A stretch of DNA of 64,000 nt from Eledone cirrhosa (taxonomy: Eukaryota). The position numbers and the translations under genes were made by a program. The DNA lies in NCBI GenBank assembly GCA_964016885.1, contig OZ024758.1:38068001-38132000 (forward strand), given 5' to 3'. Below the pieces are notes generated by a model that was given only the letters and a program-made list of their open reading frames with translations, had not been told where the DNA came from and did no database searches. Every line of letters starts with the position of its first letter. Within the stretch, counting starts at the first letter, position 1. Shown piece by piece: positions 39,401 to 53,000 of this stretch.

Positions 39401-40170
39401 AATTCATTTAAGTTCATGGTACTAGCTGTCAGAAGTAACCCCAATGTTGGTGAGAATTCATTTAAGTTCATGGTATTAGCTGTCAGAAGTCACTCCAATG
39501 TTGGTGAGAATTCATTTAAGTTCATGGTATTAGCTGTCAGAAGTAACTCCACTGTTGGTGAGAATTCATTTAAGTTCATGGTATTAGCTGTCAGAAGTAA
39601 CTCCACTGTTGGTGAGAATTCATTTAAGTTCATGGTATTAGCTGTCAGAAGGAACTCCACTGTTGGTGAGAATTCATTTAAGTTCATGGTACTAGCTGTC
39701 AGAAGTAACTCCACTGTTGGTGAGAATTCATTTAAGTTCATGGTATTAGTTTGTCAGAAGTAACTCCACTGTTGGTGAGAATTCATTTAAGTCATGGTAT
39801 TAGTTGTCAGAAGTAACTCCAATGTTGGTGAGAATTCATTTAAGCCATGGTACTAGCTGTCAGAAGTAACTCCAATGTAGGTGAGAATTCATTTAAGTTC
39901 ATGGTATTAGCTGTCAGAACGAACTCCACTGTTGGTGAAAATTCATTTAAGTTCATGGTATTAGCTGTCAGAAGTAACTCCACTGTTGGTGAGAATTCAT
40001 TTAAGTTCATGGCACTAGCTGTCAGAAGTAACTCCAATGTTGGTGAGAATTCATTTAAGTTCATGGTATTAGCTGTCAGAAGTAACTCCACTGTTGGTGA
40101 GAGTTCATTTAAGTCATGGTATTAGCTGTCAGAAGTAACTCCAATGTTGGTGAGAATTCATTTAAGTTCA
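33470..40170. repeat. Super-unit copy S3 (partial), containing a 1,559-bp internal tandem duplication
   Basis: The offset to S1 is a constant 29712 (4057->33769, 4758->34470, 5564->35276, 6745->36457, 7283->36995). After the 1,559-bp duplication it becomes 31271 (7821->39092, 8576->39847). Confidence 0.85.
35880..38990. repeat. 1,559-bp (29-monomer) tandem duplication
   Basis: ORF starts 36028->37587, 36457->38016, 36726->38285 and 36995->38554 all differ by 1559. Marker agtGactcc lies at 36371 and 37930. Confidence 0.88.
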
Positions 40171-41399
40171 TGGTACTAGCTGTCAGAAGTAACTCCAATG
40201 TTGGTGAGAATTCATTTAATTTCATGGTATTAGCTGTCAGAACGAACTCCACTGTTGGTGAGAATTCATTTAAGTTCATGGTATTAGCTGTCAGAAGTAA
40301 CTCCACTGTTGGTGAGAATTCATTTAAGTTCATGGTACTAGCTGTCAGAAGTAACTCCAATGTTGGTGAGAATTCATTTAAGTTGATGGTATTAGCTGTC
40401 AGAAGTAACTCCACCGTTGGTGAGAGTTCATTTAAGTCATGGTATTAGCTGTCAGAAGTAACTCCAATGTTGGTGAGAATTCATTTAAGTTCATGGTATT
40501 AGCTGTCAGAAGTAACGCCACAGTTGGTGAGAATTCATTTAAGTTCATGGTATTAGCTGTCAGAAGTAACTCCAATGTTGGTGAGAATTCATTTAAGTTC
40601 ATGGTACTAGCTGTCAGAAGTAACTCCACCGTTGGTGAGAATTCATTTAAGTTCATGGTACTAGCTGTCAGAAGTAACTCCAATGTTGGTGAGAATTCAT
40701 TTAAGTTCATGGTATTAGCTGTCAGAAGTAACTCCACTGTTGGTGAGAATTCATTTAAGTCATGGTATTAGCTGTCAGAAGTAACTCCACTGTTGGTGAG
40801 AATTCATTTAAGTTCATGGTATTAGCTGTCAGAAGTAACTCCACTGTTGGTGAGAATTCATTTAAGTTCATGGTACTAGCTGTCAGAAGTAACTCCAATG
40901 TTGGTGAGAATTCATTTAAGTTCATGGTATTAGCTGTCAGAAGTAACTCCACTGTTGGTGAGAATTCATTTAAGTCATGGTATTAGCTGTCAGAAGTAAC
41001 TCCACTGTTGGTGAGAATTCATTTACGTTCATGGTATTAGCTGTCAGAAGTAACTCCACTGTTGGTGAGAATTCATTTAAGTTCATGGTATTAGCTGTCA
41101 GAAGTAACTCCACTGTTGGTGAGAATTCATTTAATTTCATGGTATTAGCTGTCAGAAGTAACTCCACTGTTGGTGAGAATTCATTTAAGTTCATGGTACT
41201 AGCTGTCAGAAGTAACTCCAATGTTGGTGAGAATTCATTTAAGTTCATGGTATTAGCTGTCAGAAGTAACTCCACTGTTGGTGAGTATTCATTTAAGTCA
41301 TGGTATTAGCTGTCAGAAGTAACTCCACTGTTGGTGAGAATTCATTTAAGTTCATGGTATTAGCTGTCAGAAGTAACTCCACTGTTGGTGAGAATTCAT

Positions 41400-44300
41400 T
41401 TAAGTTCATGGTATTAGCTGTCAGAAGTAACTCCACTGTTGGTGAGAATTCATTTACGTTCATGGTATTAGTTTGTCAGAAGTAACTCCACTGTTGGTGA
41501 GAATTCATTTAAGTCATGGTATTAGTTGTCAGAAGTAACTCCAATGTTGGTGAGAATTCATTTAAGTTCATGGTAATAGCTGTCAGAAGTAACTCCACTG
41601 TTGGTGAGAATTCATTTAAGTCATGGTATTAGCTGTCAGAAGTAACTCCAATGTTGGTGAGAATTCATTTAAGTCATGGTACTAGCTGTCAGAAGTCACT
41701 CCACTGTTGGTGTGAATTCATTTAAGTTCATGGTACTAGCTGTCAGAAGTAACCCCAATGTTGGTGAGAATTCATTTAAGTTCATGGTATTAGCTGTCAG
41801 AAGTCACTCCAATGTTGGTGAGAATTCATTTAAGTTCATGGTATTAGCTGTCAGAAGTAACTCCACTGTTGGTGAGAATTCATTTAAGTTCATGGTATTA
41901 GCTGTCAGAAGGAACGCCACTGTTGGTGAGAATTCATTTAAGTTCATGGTATTAGCTGTCAGAAGTAACTCCACTGTTGGTGAGAATTCATTTAAGTTCA
42001 TGGTACTAGCTGTCAGAAGTAACTCCAATGTTGGTGAGAATTCATTTAAGTTCATGGTATTAGCTGTCAGAAGGAACTCCACTGTTGCTGAGAATTCATT
42101 TAAGTTCATGGTATTAGCTGTCAGAAGTAACTCCACTGTTGGTGAGAATTCATTTAAGTTCATGGTACTAGCTGTCAGAAGTAACTCCACTGTTGGTGAG
42201 AATTCATTTAAGTTCATGGTATTAGCTGTCAGAAGTCACTCCAATGTTGGTGAGAATTCATTTAAGTTCATGGTATTAGCTGTCAGAAGTCACTCCACTG
42301 TTGGTGAGAATTCATTTAAGTTCATGGTACTAGCTGTCAGAAGTAACCCCAATGTTGGTGAGAATTCATTTAAGTTCATGGTATTAGCTGTCAGAAGTCA
42401 CTCCAATGTTGGTGAGAATTCATTTAAGTTCATGGTATTAGCTGTCAGAAGTAACTCCACTGTTGGTGAGAATTCATTTAAGTTCATGGTATTAGCTGTC
42501 AGAAGTAACTCCACTGTTGGTGAGAATTCATTTAAGTTCATGGTATTAGCTGTCAGAAGTAACTCCACTGTTGGTGAGAATTCATTTAAGTCATGGTATT
42601 AGCTGTCAGAAGTAACTCCAATGTTGGTGAGAATTCATTTAAGTTCATGGTATTAGCTGTCAGAAGTCACTCCACTGTTGGTGAGAATTCATTTAAGTTC
42701 ATGGTACTAGCTGTCAGAAGTAACCCCAATGTTGGTGAGAATTCATCTAAGTCATGGTATTAGCTGTCAGAAGTAACTCCACTGTTGGTGAGAATTCATT
42801 TAAGTTCATGGTATTAGCTGTCAGAAGTAACTCCACTGTTGGTGAGAATTCATTTAAGTTCATGGTATTAGCTGTCAGAAGTAACTCCACTGTTGGTGAG
42901 AATTCATTTAAGTTCATGGTATTAGTTTGTCAGAAGTAACTCCACTGTTGGTGAGAATTCATTTAAGTCATGGTATTAGTTGTCAGAAGTAACTCCAATG
43001 TTGGTGAGAATTCATTTAAGTTCATGGTACTAGCTGTCAGAAGTAACTCCACTGTTGGTGAGAATTCATTTAAGTTCATGGTAATAGCTGTCAGAAGTAA
43101 CTCCACTGTTGGTGAGAATTCATTTAAGTCATGGTATTAGCTGTCAGAAGTAACTCCAATGTTGGTGAGAATTCATTTAAGTCATGGTACTAGCTGTCAG
43201 AAGTAACTCCAATGTTGGTGAGAATTCATTTAAGTTCATGGTATTAGCTGTCAGAAGTAACTCCACTGTTGGTGAGAATTCATTTAAGTTCATGGTATTA
43301 GCTGTCAGAAGTAACTCCACTGTTGGTGAGAATTCATTTAAGTCATGGTATTAGCTGTCAGAAGTAACTCCACTGTTGGTGAGAATTCATTTAAGTTCAT
43401 GGTATTAGCTGTCAGAAGGAACGCCACTGTTGGTGAGAATTCATTTAAGTTCATGGTATTAGCTGTCAGAAGTAACTCCACTGTTGGTGAGAATTCATTT
43501 AAGTTCATGGTATTAGCTGTCAGAAGTAACTCCACTGTTGGTGAGAATTCATTTAAGTTCATGGTACTAGCTGTCAGAAGTAACTCCACTGTTGGTGAGA
43601 ATTCATTTAAGTTCATGGTATTAGCTGTCAGAAGTCACTCCAATGTTGGTGAGAATTCATTTAAGTTCATGGTATTAGCTGTCAGAAGTCACTCCACTGT
43701 TGGTGAGAATTCATTTAAGTTCATGGTACTAGCTGTCAGAAGTAACCCCAATGTTGGTGAGAATTCATTTAAGTTCATGGTATTAGCTGTCAGAAGTCAC
43801 TCCAATGTTGGTGAGAATTCATTTAAGTTCATGGTATTAGCTGTCAGAAGTAACTCCACTGTTGGTGAGAATTCATTTAAGTTCATGGTATTAGCTGTCA
43901 GAAGGAACTCCACTGTTGGTGAGAATTCATTTAAGTTCATGGTATTAGCTGTCAGAAGGAACTCCACTGTTGGTGAGAATTCATTTAAGTTCATGGTACT
44001 AGCTGTCAGAAGTAACTCCACTGTTGGTGAGAATTCATTTAAGTTCATGGTATTCGCTGTCAGAAGCAACTCCACTGTTGGTGAGAATTCATTTAAGTTC
44101 ATGGTATTAGCTGTCAGAAGTAACTCCACTGTTGGTGAGAATTCATTTACGTTCATGGTATTAGTTTGTCAGAAGTAACTCCACTGTTGGTGAGAATTCA
44201 TTTAAGTCATGGTATTAGTTGTCAGAAGTAACTCCAATGTTGGTGAGAATTCATTTAAGTTCATGGTAATAGCTGTCAGAAGTAACTCCACTGTTGGTGA

Positions 44301-46420
44301 GAATTCATTTAAGTCATGGTATTAGCTGTCAGAAGTAAATCCAATGTTGGTGAGAATTCATTTAAGTCATGGTACTAGCTGTCAGAAGTCACTCCACTGT
44401 TGGTGTGAATTCATTTAAGTTCATGGTACTAGCTGTCAGAAGTAACCCCAATGTTGGTGAGAATTCATTTAAGTTCATGGTATTAGCTGTCAGAAGTCAC
44501 TCCAATGTTGGTGAGAATTCATTTAAGTTCATGGTATTAGCTGTCAGAAGTAACTCCACTGTTGGTGAGAATTCATTTAAGTTCATGGTATTAGCTGTCA
44601 GAAGGAACGCCACTGTTGGTGAGAATTCATTTAAGTTCATGGTATTAGCTGTCAGAAGTAACTCCACTGTTGGTGAGAATTCATTTAAGTTCATGGTACT
44701 AGCTGTCAGAAGTAACTCCAATGTTGGTGAGAATTCATTTAAGTTCATGGTATTAGCTGTCAGAAGGAACTCCACTGTTGCTGAGAATTCATTTAAGTTC
44801 ATGGTATTAGCTGTCAGAAGTAACTCCACTGTTGGTGAGAATTCATTTAAGTTCATGGTACTAGCTGTCAGAAGTAACTCCACTGTTGGTGAGAATTCAT
44901 TTAAGTTCATGGTATTAGCTGTCAGAAGTCACTCCAATGTTGGTGAGAATTCATTTAAGTTCATGGTATTAGCTGTCAGAAGTCACTCCACTGTTGGTGA
45001 GAATTCATTTAAGTTCATGGTACTAGCTGTCAGAAGTAACCCCAATGTTGGTGAGAATTCATTTAAGTTCATGGTATTAGCTGTCAGAAGTCACTCCAAT
45101 GTTGGTGAGAATTCATTTAAGTTCATGGTATTAGCTGTCAGAAGTAACTCCACTGTTGGTGAGAATTCATTTAAGTTCATGGTATTAGCTGTCAGAAGTA
45201 ACTCCACTGTTGGTGAGAATTCATTTAAGTTCATGGTATTAGCTGTCAGAAGTAACTCCACTGTTGGTGAGAATTCATTTAAGTCATGGTATTAGCTGTC
45301 AGAAGTAACTCCAATGTTGGTGAGAATTCATTTAAGTTCATGGTATTAGCTGTCAGAAGTCACTCCACTGTTGGTGAGAATTCATTTAAGTTCATGGTAC
45401 TAGCTGTCAGAAGTAACCCCAATGTTGGTGAGAATTCATCTAAGTCATGGTATTAGCTGTCAGAAGTAACTCCACTGTTGGTGAGAATTCATTTAAGTCA
45501 TGGTACTAGCTGTCAGAAGTAACTCCAATGTTGGTGAGAATTCATTTAAGTTCATGGTATTAGCTGTCAGAAGTAACTCCACTGTTGGTGAGAATTCATT
45601 TAAGTTCATGGTATTAGCTGTCAGAAGTAACTCCACTGTTGGTGAGAATTCATTTAAGTCATGGTATTAGCTGTCAGAAGTAACTCCACTGTTGGTGAGA
45701 ATTCATTTAAGTTCATGGTATTAGCTGTCAGAAGGAACGCCACTGTTGGTGAGAATTCATTTAAGTTCATGGTATTAGCTGTCAGAAGTAACTCCACTGT
45801 TGGTGAGAATTCATTTAAGTTCATGGTATTAGCTGTCAGAAGTAACTCCACTGTTGGTGAGAATTCATTTAAGTTCATGGTACTAGCTGTCAGAAGTAAC
45901 TCCACTGTTGGTGAGAATTCATTTAAGTTCATGGTATTAGCTGTCAGAAGTCACTCCAATGTTGGTGAGAATTCATTTAAGTTCATGGTATTAGCTGTCA
46001 GAAGTCACTCCACTGTTGGTGAGAATTCATTTAAGTTCATGGTACTAGCTGTCAGAAGTAACCCCAATGTTGGTGAGAATTCATTTAAGTTCATGGTATT
46101 AGCTGTCAGAAGTCACTCCAATGTTGGTGAGAATTCATTTAAGTTCATGGTATTAGCTGTCAGAAGTAACTCCACTGTTGGTGAGAATTCATTTAAGTTC
46201 ATGGTATTAGCTGTCAGAAGGAACTCCACTGTTGGTGAGAATTCATTTAAGTTCATGGTATTAGCTGTCAGAAGGAACTCCACTGTTGGTGAGAATTCAT
46301 TTAAGTTCATGGTACTAGCTGTCAGAAGTAACTCCACTGTTGGTGAGAATTCATTTAAGTTCATGGTATTCGCTGTCAGAAGCAACTCCACTGTTGGTGA
46401 GAATTCATTTAAGTTCATGG
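41400..46420. repeat. 2,693-bp (50-monomer) tandem duplication, second copy shortened by 377 bp (7 monomers)
   Basis: An identical 308-aa pseudo-ORF with the ggtgTgaattc marker starts at 41676 and 44369 (2693). Marker ttcatCtaag lies at ~42747 and ~45440. The double marker tattCgctgtcagaagCaac lies at ~44055 and ~46371 (2316), matching ORF starts 43345->45661. Confidence 0.88.
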
Positions 46421-46619
46421 TATTAGCTGTCAGAAGGAACGCCACTGTTGGTGAGAATTCATTTAAGTTCATGGTATTAGTTTGTCAGAAGTAACTCCAC
46501 TGTTGGTGAGAATTCATTTAAGTCATGGTATTAGTTGTCAGAAGTAACTCCAATGTTGGTGAGAATTCATTTAAGCCATGGTACTAGCTGTCAGAAGTAA
46601 CTCCAATGTTGGTGAGAAT

Positions 46620-49600
46620 TCATTTAAGTTCATGGTATTAGCTGTCAGAACGAACTCCACTGTTGGTGAGAATTCATTTAAGTTCATGGTATTAGCTGTC
46701 AGAAGTAACTCCACTGTTGGTGAGAATTCATTTAAGTTCATGGTACTAGCTGTCAGAAGTAACTCCAATGTTGGTGAGAATTCATTTAAGTTCATGGTAT
46801 TAGCTGTCAGAAGTAACTCCACTGTTGGTGAGAGTTCATTTAAGTCATGGTATTAGCTGTCAGAAGTAACTCCAATGTTGGTGAGAATTCATTTAAGTTC
46901 ATGGTATTAGCTGTCAGAAGTAACTCCACTGTTGGTGAGAATTCATTTAAGTTCATGGTATTAGCTGTCAGAAGTAACTCCACTGTTGGTGAGAATTCAT
47001 TTAAGTTCATGGTACTAGCTGTCAGAAGTAACTCCACTGTTGGTGAGAATTCATTTAAGTTCATGGTATTAGTTTGTCAGAAGTAACTCCACTGTTGGTG
47101 AGAATTCATTTAAGTCATGGTATTAGTTGTCAGAAGTAACTCCAATGTTGGTGAGAATTCATTTAAGTTCATGGTATTAGCTGTCAGAAGGAACTCCACT
47201 GTTGGTGAGAATTCATTTAAGTTCATGGTATTAGCTGTCAGAAGGAACTCCAATGTTGGTGAGAATTCATTTAAGTCATGGTACTAGCTGTCAGAAGTAA
47301 CTCCACTGTTGGTGAGAATTCATTTAAGTTCATGGTATTAGCTGTCAGAAGGAACTCCACTGTTGGTGAGAATTCATTTAAGTTCATGGTATTAGCTGTC
47401 AGAAGGAACGCCACTGTTGGTGAGAATTCATTTAAGTTCATGGTATTAGCTGTCGGAAGTAACTCCACTGTTGGTGAGAATTCATTTAAGTTCATGGTAC
47501 TAGCTGTCAGAAGTAACTCCAATGTTGGTGAGAATTCATTTAAGTTCATGGTATTAGCTGTCAGAAGGAACTCCACTGTTGGTGAGAATTCATTTAAGTT
47601 CATGGTATTAGCTGTCAGAAGTAACTCCACTGTTGGTGAGAATTCATTTAAGTCATGGTATTAGCTGTCAGAAGTAACTCCATTGTTGGTGAGAATTCAT
47701 TTAAGTCATGGTACTAGCTGTCAGAAGTAACTCCAATGTTGGTGAGAATTCATTTAAGTCATGGTACTAGCTGTCAGAAGTAACTCCAATGTTGGTGAGA
47801 ATTCATTTAAGTTCATGGTATTAGCTGTCAGAAGGAACTCCACTGTTGGTGAGAATTCATTTAAGTTCATGGTATTAGCTGTCAGAAGTAACTCCACTGT
47901 TGGTGAGAATTCATTTAAGTTCATGGTACTAGCTGTCAGAAGTAACTCCAATGTTGGTGAGAATTCATTTAAGTTCATGGTATTAGCTGTCAGAAGTAAC
48001 TCCACTGTTGGTGAGAATTCATTTAAGTCATGGTATTAGCTGTCAGAAGTAACTCCAATGTTGGTGAGAATTCATTTAAGTTCATGTTATTAGCTGTCAG
48101 AAGTAACTCCAATGTTGGTGAGAATTCATTTAAGTTCATGGTATTAGCTGTCAGAAGGAACTCCACTGTTGCTGAGAATTCATTTAAGTTCATGGTATAA
48201 GCTGTCAGAAGTAACTCCACTGTTGGTGAGAATTCATTTAAGTTCATGGTACTAGCTGTCAGAAGTAACTCCACTGTTGGTGAAAATTCATTTAAGTTCA
48301 TGGTATTAGCTGTCAGAAGTCACTCCAATGTTGGTGAGAATTCATTTAAGTTCATGGTATTAGCTGTCAGAAGTCACTCCACTGTTGGTGAGAATTCATT
48401 TAAGTTCATGGTACTAGCTGTCAGAAGTAACCCCAATGTTGGTGAGAATTCATTTAAGTTCATGGTATTAGCTGTCAGAAGTCACTCCAATGTTGGTGAG
48501 AATTCATTTAAGTTCATGGTATTAGCTGTCAGAAGTAACTCCACTGTTGGTGAGAATTCATTTAAGTTCATGGTATTAGCTGTCAGAAGTAACTCCACTG
48601 TTGGTGAGAATTCATTTAAGTTCATGGTATTAGCTGTCAGAACGAACTCCACTGTTGGTGAGAATTCATTTAAGTTCATGGTATTAGCTGTCAGAAGTAA
48701 CTCCACTGTTGGTGAGAATTCATTTAAGTTCATGGTACTAGCTGTCAGAAGTAACTCCAATGTTGGTGAGAATTCATTTAAGTTCATGGTATTAGCTGTC
48801 AGAAGTAACTCCACTGTTGGTGAGAGTTCATTTAAGTCATGGTATTAGCTGTCAGAAGTAACTCCAATGTTGGTGAGAATTCATTTAAGTTCATGGTATT
48901 AGCTGTCAGAAGTAACTCCACTGTTGGTGAGAATTCATTTAAGTTCATGGTATTAGCTGTCAGAAGTAACTCCACTGTTGGTGAGAATTCATTTAAGTTC
49001 ATGGTACTAGCTGTCAGAAGTAACTCCACTGTTGGTGAGAATTCATTTAAGTTCATGGTATTAGTTTGTCAGAAGTAACTCCACTGTTGGTGAGAATTCA
49101 TTTAAGTCATGGTATTAGTTGTCAGAGGTAACTCCAATGTTGGTGAGAATTCATTTAAGTTCATGGTATTAGCTGTCAGAAGGAACTCCACTGTTGGTGA
49201 GAATTCATTTAAGTTCATGGTATTAGCTGTCAGAAGGAACTCCAATGTTGGTGAGAATTCATTTAAGTCATGGTACTAGCTGTCAGAAGTAATTCCACTG
49301 TTGGTGAGAATTCATTTAAGTTCATGGTATTAGCTGTCAGAAGGAACGCCACTGTTGGTGAGAATTCATTTAAGTTCATGGTATTAGCTGTCAGAAGTAA
49401 CTCCACTGTTGGTGAGAATTCATTTAAGTTCATGGTACTAGCTGTCAGAAGTAACTCCAATGTTGGTGAGAATTCATTTAAGTTCATGGTATTAGCTGTC
49501 GGAAGGAACTCCACTGTTGGTGAGAATTCATTTAAGTTCATGGTATTAGCTGTCAGAAGTAACTCCACTGTTGGTGAGAATTCATTTAAGTCATGGTATT

Positions 49601-50070
49601 AGCTGTCAGAAGTAACTCCATTGTTGGTGAGAATTCATTTAAGTCATGGTACTAGCTGTCAGAAGTAACTCCAATGTTGGTGAGAATTCATTTAAGTCAT
49701 GGTACTAGCTGTCAGAAGTAACTCCAATGTTGATGAGAATTCATTTAAGTTCATGGTATTAGCTGTCAGAAGGAACTCCACTGTTTGTGAGAATTCATTT
49801 AAGTTCATGGTATTAGCTGTCAGAAGTAACTCCACTGTTGGTGAGAATTCATTTAAGTTCATGGTATTAGCTGTCAGAAGTAACTCCACTGTTGGTGAGA
49901 ATTCATTTAAGTTCATGGTACTAGCTGTCAGAAGTAACTCCAATGTTGGTGAGAATTCATTTAAGTTCATGGTATTAGCTGTCAGAAGTAACTCCACTGT
50001 TGGTGAGAATTCATTTAAGTCATGGTATTAGCTGTCAGAAGTAACTCCAATGTTGGTGAGAATTCATTTA
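46620..50070. repeat. ~1,992-bp (37-monomer) older, more diverged duplication
   Basis: ORF starts 46847->48839 and 47278->49270 differ by 1992, and 47761->49699 by 1938. The copies differ by several private substitutions (e.g. agaGgtaac ~49127, aaTtcc ~49293, gttgAtgag 49733). Confidence 0.7.
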
Positions 50071-53000
50071 AGTTCATGGTACTAGCTGTCAGAAGTAACT
50101 CCAATGTTGGTGAGAATTCATTTAAGTTCATGGTACTAGCTGTCAGAAGTAACTCCACTGTTGGTGAGAATTCATTTAAGTTCATGGTATTAGCTGTCAG
50201 AAGTCACTCCAATGTTGGTGAGAATTCATTTAAGTTCATGGTATTAGCTGTCAGAAGTCACTCCACTGTTGGTGAGAATTCATTTAAGTTCATGGTACTA
50301 GCTGTCAGAAGTAACCCCAATGTTGGTGAGAATTCATTTAAGTTCATGGTATTAGCTGTCAGAAGTCACTCCAATGTTGGTGAGAATTCATTTAAGTTCA
50401 TGGTATTAGCTGTCAGAAGTAACTCCACTGTTGGTGAGAATTCATTTAAGTTCATGGTATTAGCTGTCAGAAGTAACTCCACTGTTGGTGAGAATTCATT
50501 TAAGTTCATGGTATTAGCTGTCAGAAGGAACTCCACTGTTGGTGAGAATTCATTTAAGTTCATGGTACTAGCTGTCAGAAGTAACTCCACTGTTGGTGAG
50601 AATTCATTTAAGTTCATGGTATTAGTTTGTCAGAAGTAACTCCACTGTTGGTGAGAATTCATTTAAGTCATGGTATTAGTTGTCAGAAGTAACTCCAATG
50701 TTGGTGAGAATTCATTTAAGCCATGGTACTAGCTGTCAGAAGTAACTCCAATGTAGGTGAGAATTCATTTAAGTTCATGGTATTAGCTGTCAGAACGAAC
50801 TCCACTGTTGGTGAAAATTCATTTAAGTTCATGGTATTAGCTGTCAGAAGTAACTCCACTGTTGGTGAGAGTTCATTTAAGTCATGGTATTAGCTGTCAG
50901 AAGTAACTCCAATGTTGGTGAGAATTCATTTAAGTTCATGGTATTAGCTGTCAGAAGTAACTCCACTGTTAGTGAGAATTCATTTAAGTTCATGGTATTA
51001 GCTGTCAGAAGTAACTCCACTGTTGGTGAGAATTCATTTAAGTTCATGGTACTAGCTGTCAGAAGTAACTCCACTGTTGGTGAGAATTCATTTAAGTTCA
51101 TGGTATTAGTTTGTCAGAAGTAACTCCACTGTTGGTGAGAATTCATTTAAGTCATGGTATTAGTTGTCAGAAGTAACTCCAATGTTGGTGAGAATTCATT
51201 TAAGTTCATGGTATTAGCTGTCAGAAGGAACTCCACTGTTGGTGAGAATTCATTTAAGTTCATGGTATTAGCTGTCAGAAGGAACTCCAATGTTGGTGAG
51301 AATTCATTTAAGTCATGGTACTAGCTGTCAGAAGTAACTCCACTGTTGGTGAGAATTCATTTAAGTTCATGGTATTAGCTGTCAGAAGGAACTCCACTGT
51401 TGGTGAGAATTCATTTAAGTTCATGGTACTAGCTGTCAGAAGTAACTCCACTGTTGGTGAGAATTCATTTAAGTTCATGGTATTAGTTTGTCAGAAGTAA
51501 CTCCACTGTTGGTGAGAATTCATTTAAGTCATGGTATTAGTTGTCAGAAGTAACTCCAATGTTGGTGAGAATTCAGTTAAGCCATGGTACTAGCTGTCAG
51601 AAGTAACTCCAATGTTGGTGAGAATTCATTTAATTTCATGGTATTAGCTGTCAGAACGAACTCCACTGTTGGTGAGAATTCATTTAAGTTCATGGTATTA
51701 GCTGTCAGAAGTAACTCCACTGTTGGTGAGAATTCATTTAAGTTCATGGTACTAGCTGTCAGAAGTAACTCCAATGTTGGTGAGAATTCATTTAAGTTCA
51801 TGGTATTAGCTGTCAGAAGTAACTCCAATGTTGGTGAGAATTCATTTAAGTTCATGGTATTAGCTGTCAGAAGTAACGCCACAGTTGGTGAGAATTCATT
51901 TAAGTTCATGGTATTAGCTGTCAGAAGTAACTCCACTGTTGGTGAGAATTCATTTAAGTTCATGGTACTAGCTGTCAGAAGTAACTCCACTGTTGGTGAG
52001 AATTCATTTAAGTTCATGGTATTAGTTTGTCAGAAGTAACTCCACTGTTGGTGAGAATTCATTTAAGTCATGGTATTAGTTGTCAGAAGTAACTCCAATG
52101 TTGGTGAGAATTCATTTAAGTTCATGGTATTAGCTGTCAGAAGGAACTCCACTGTTGGTGAGAATTCATTTAAGTTCATGGTATTAGCTGTCAGAAGGAA
52201 CTCCAATGTTGGTGAGAATTCATTTAAGTCATGGTACTAGCTGTCAGAAGTAACTCCACTGTTGGTGAGAATTCATTTAAGTTCATGGTATTAGCTGTCA
52301 GAAGGAACTCCACTGTTGGTGAGAATTCATTTAAGTTCATGGTACTAGCTGTCAGAAGTAACTCCACTGTTGGTGAGAATTCATTTAAGTTCATGGTATT
52401 AGTTTGTCAGAAGTAACTCCACTGTTGGTGAGAATTCATTTAAGTCATGGTATTAGTTGTCAGAAGTAACTCCAATGTTGGTGAGAATTCATTTAAGCCA
52501 TGGTACTAGCTGTCAGAAGTAACTCCAATGTTGGTGAGAATTCATTTAATTTCATGGTATTAGCTGTCAGAACGAACTCCACTGTTGGTGAGAATTCATT
52601 TAAGTTCATGGTATTAGCTGTCAGAAGTAACTCCACTGTTGGTGAGAATTCATTTAAGTTCATGGTACTAGCTGTCAGAAGTAACTCCAATGTTGGTGAG
52701 AATTCATTTAAGTTCATGGTATTAGCTGTCAGAAGTAACTCCAATGTTGGTGAGAATTCATTTAAGTTCATGGTATTAGCTGTCAGAAGTAACGCCACAG
52801 TTGGTGAGAATTCATTTAAGTTCATGGTATTAGCTGTCAGAAGTAACTCCACTGTTGGTGAGAATTCATTTAAGTTCATGGTACTAGCTGTCAGAAGTAA
52901 CTCCACTGTTGGTGAGAATTCATTTAAGTTCATGGTATTAGTTTGTCAGAAGTAACTCCACTGTTGGTGAGAATTCATTTAAGTCATGGTATTAGTTGTC

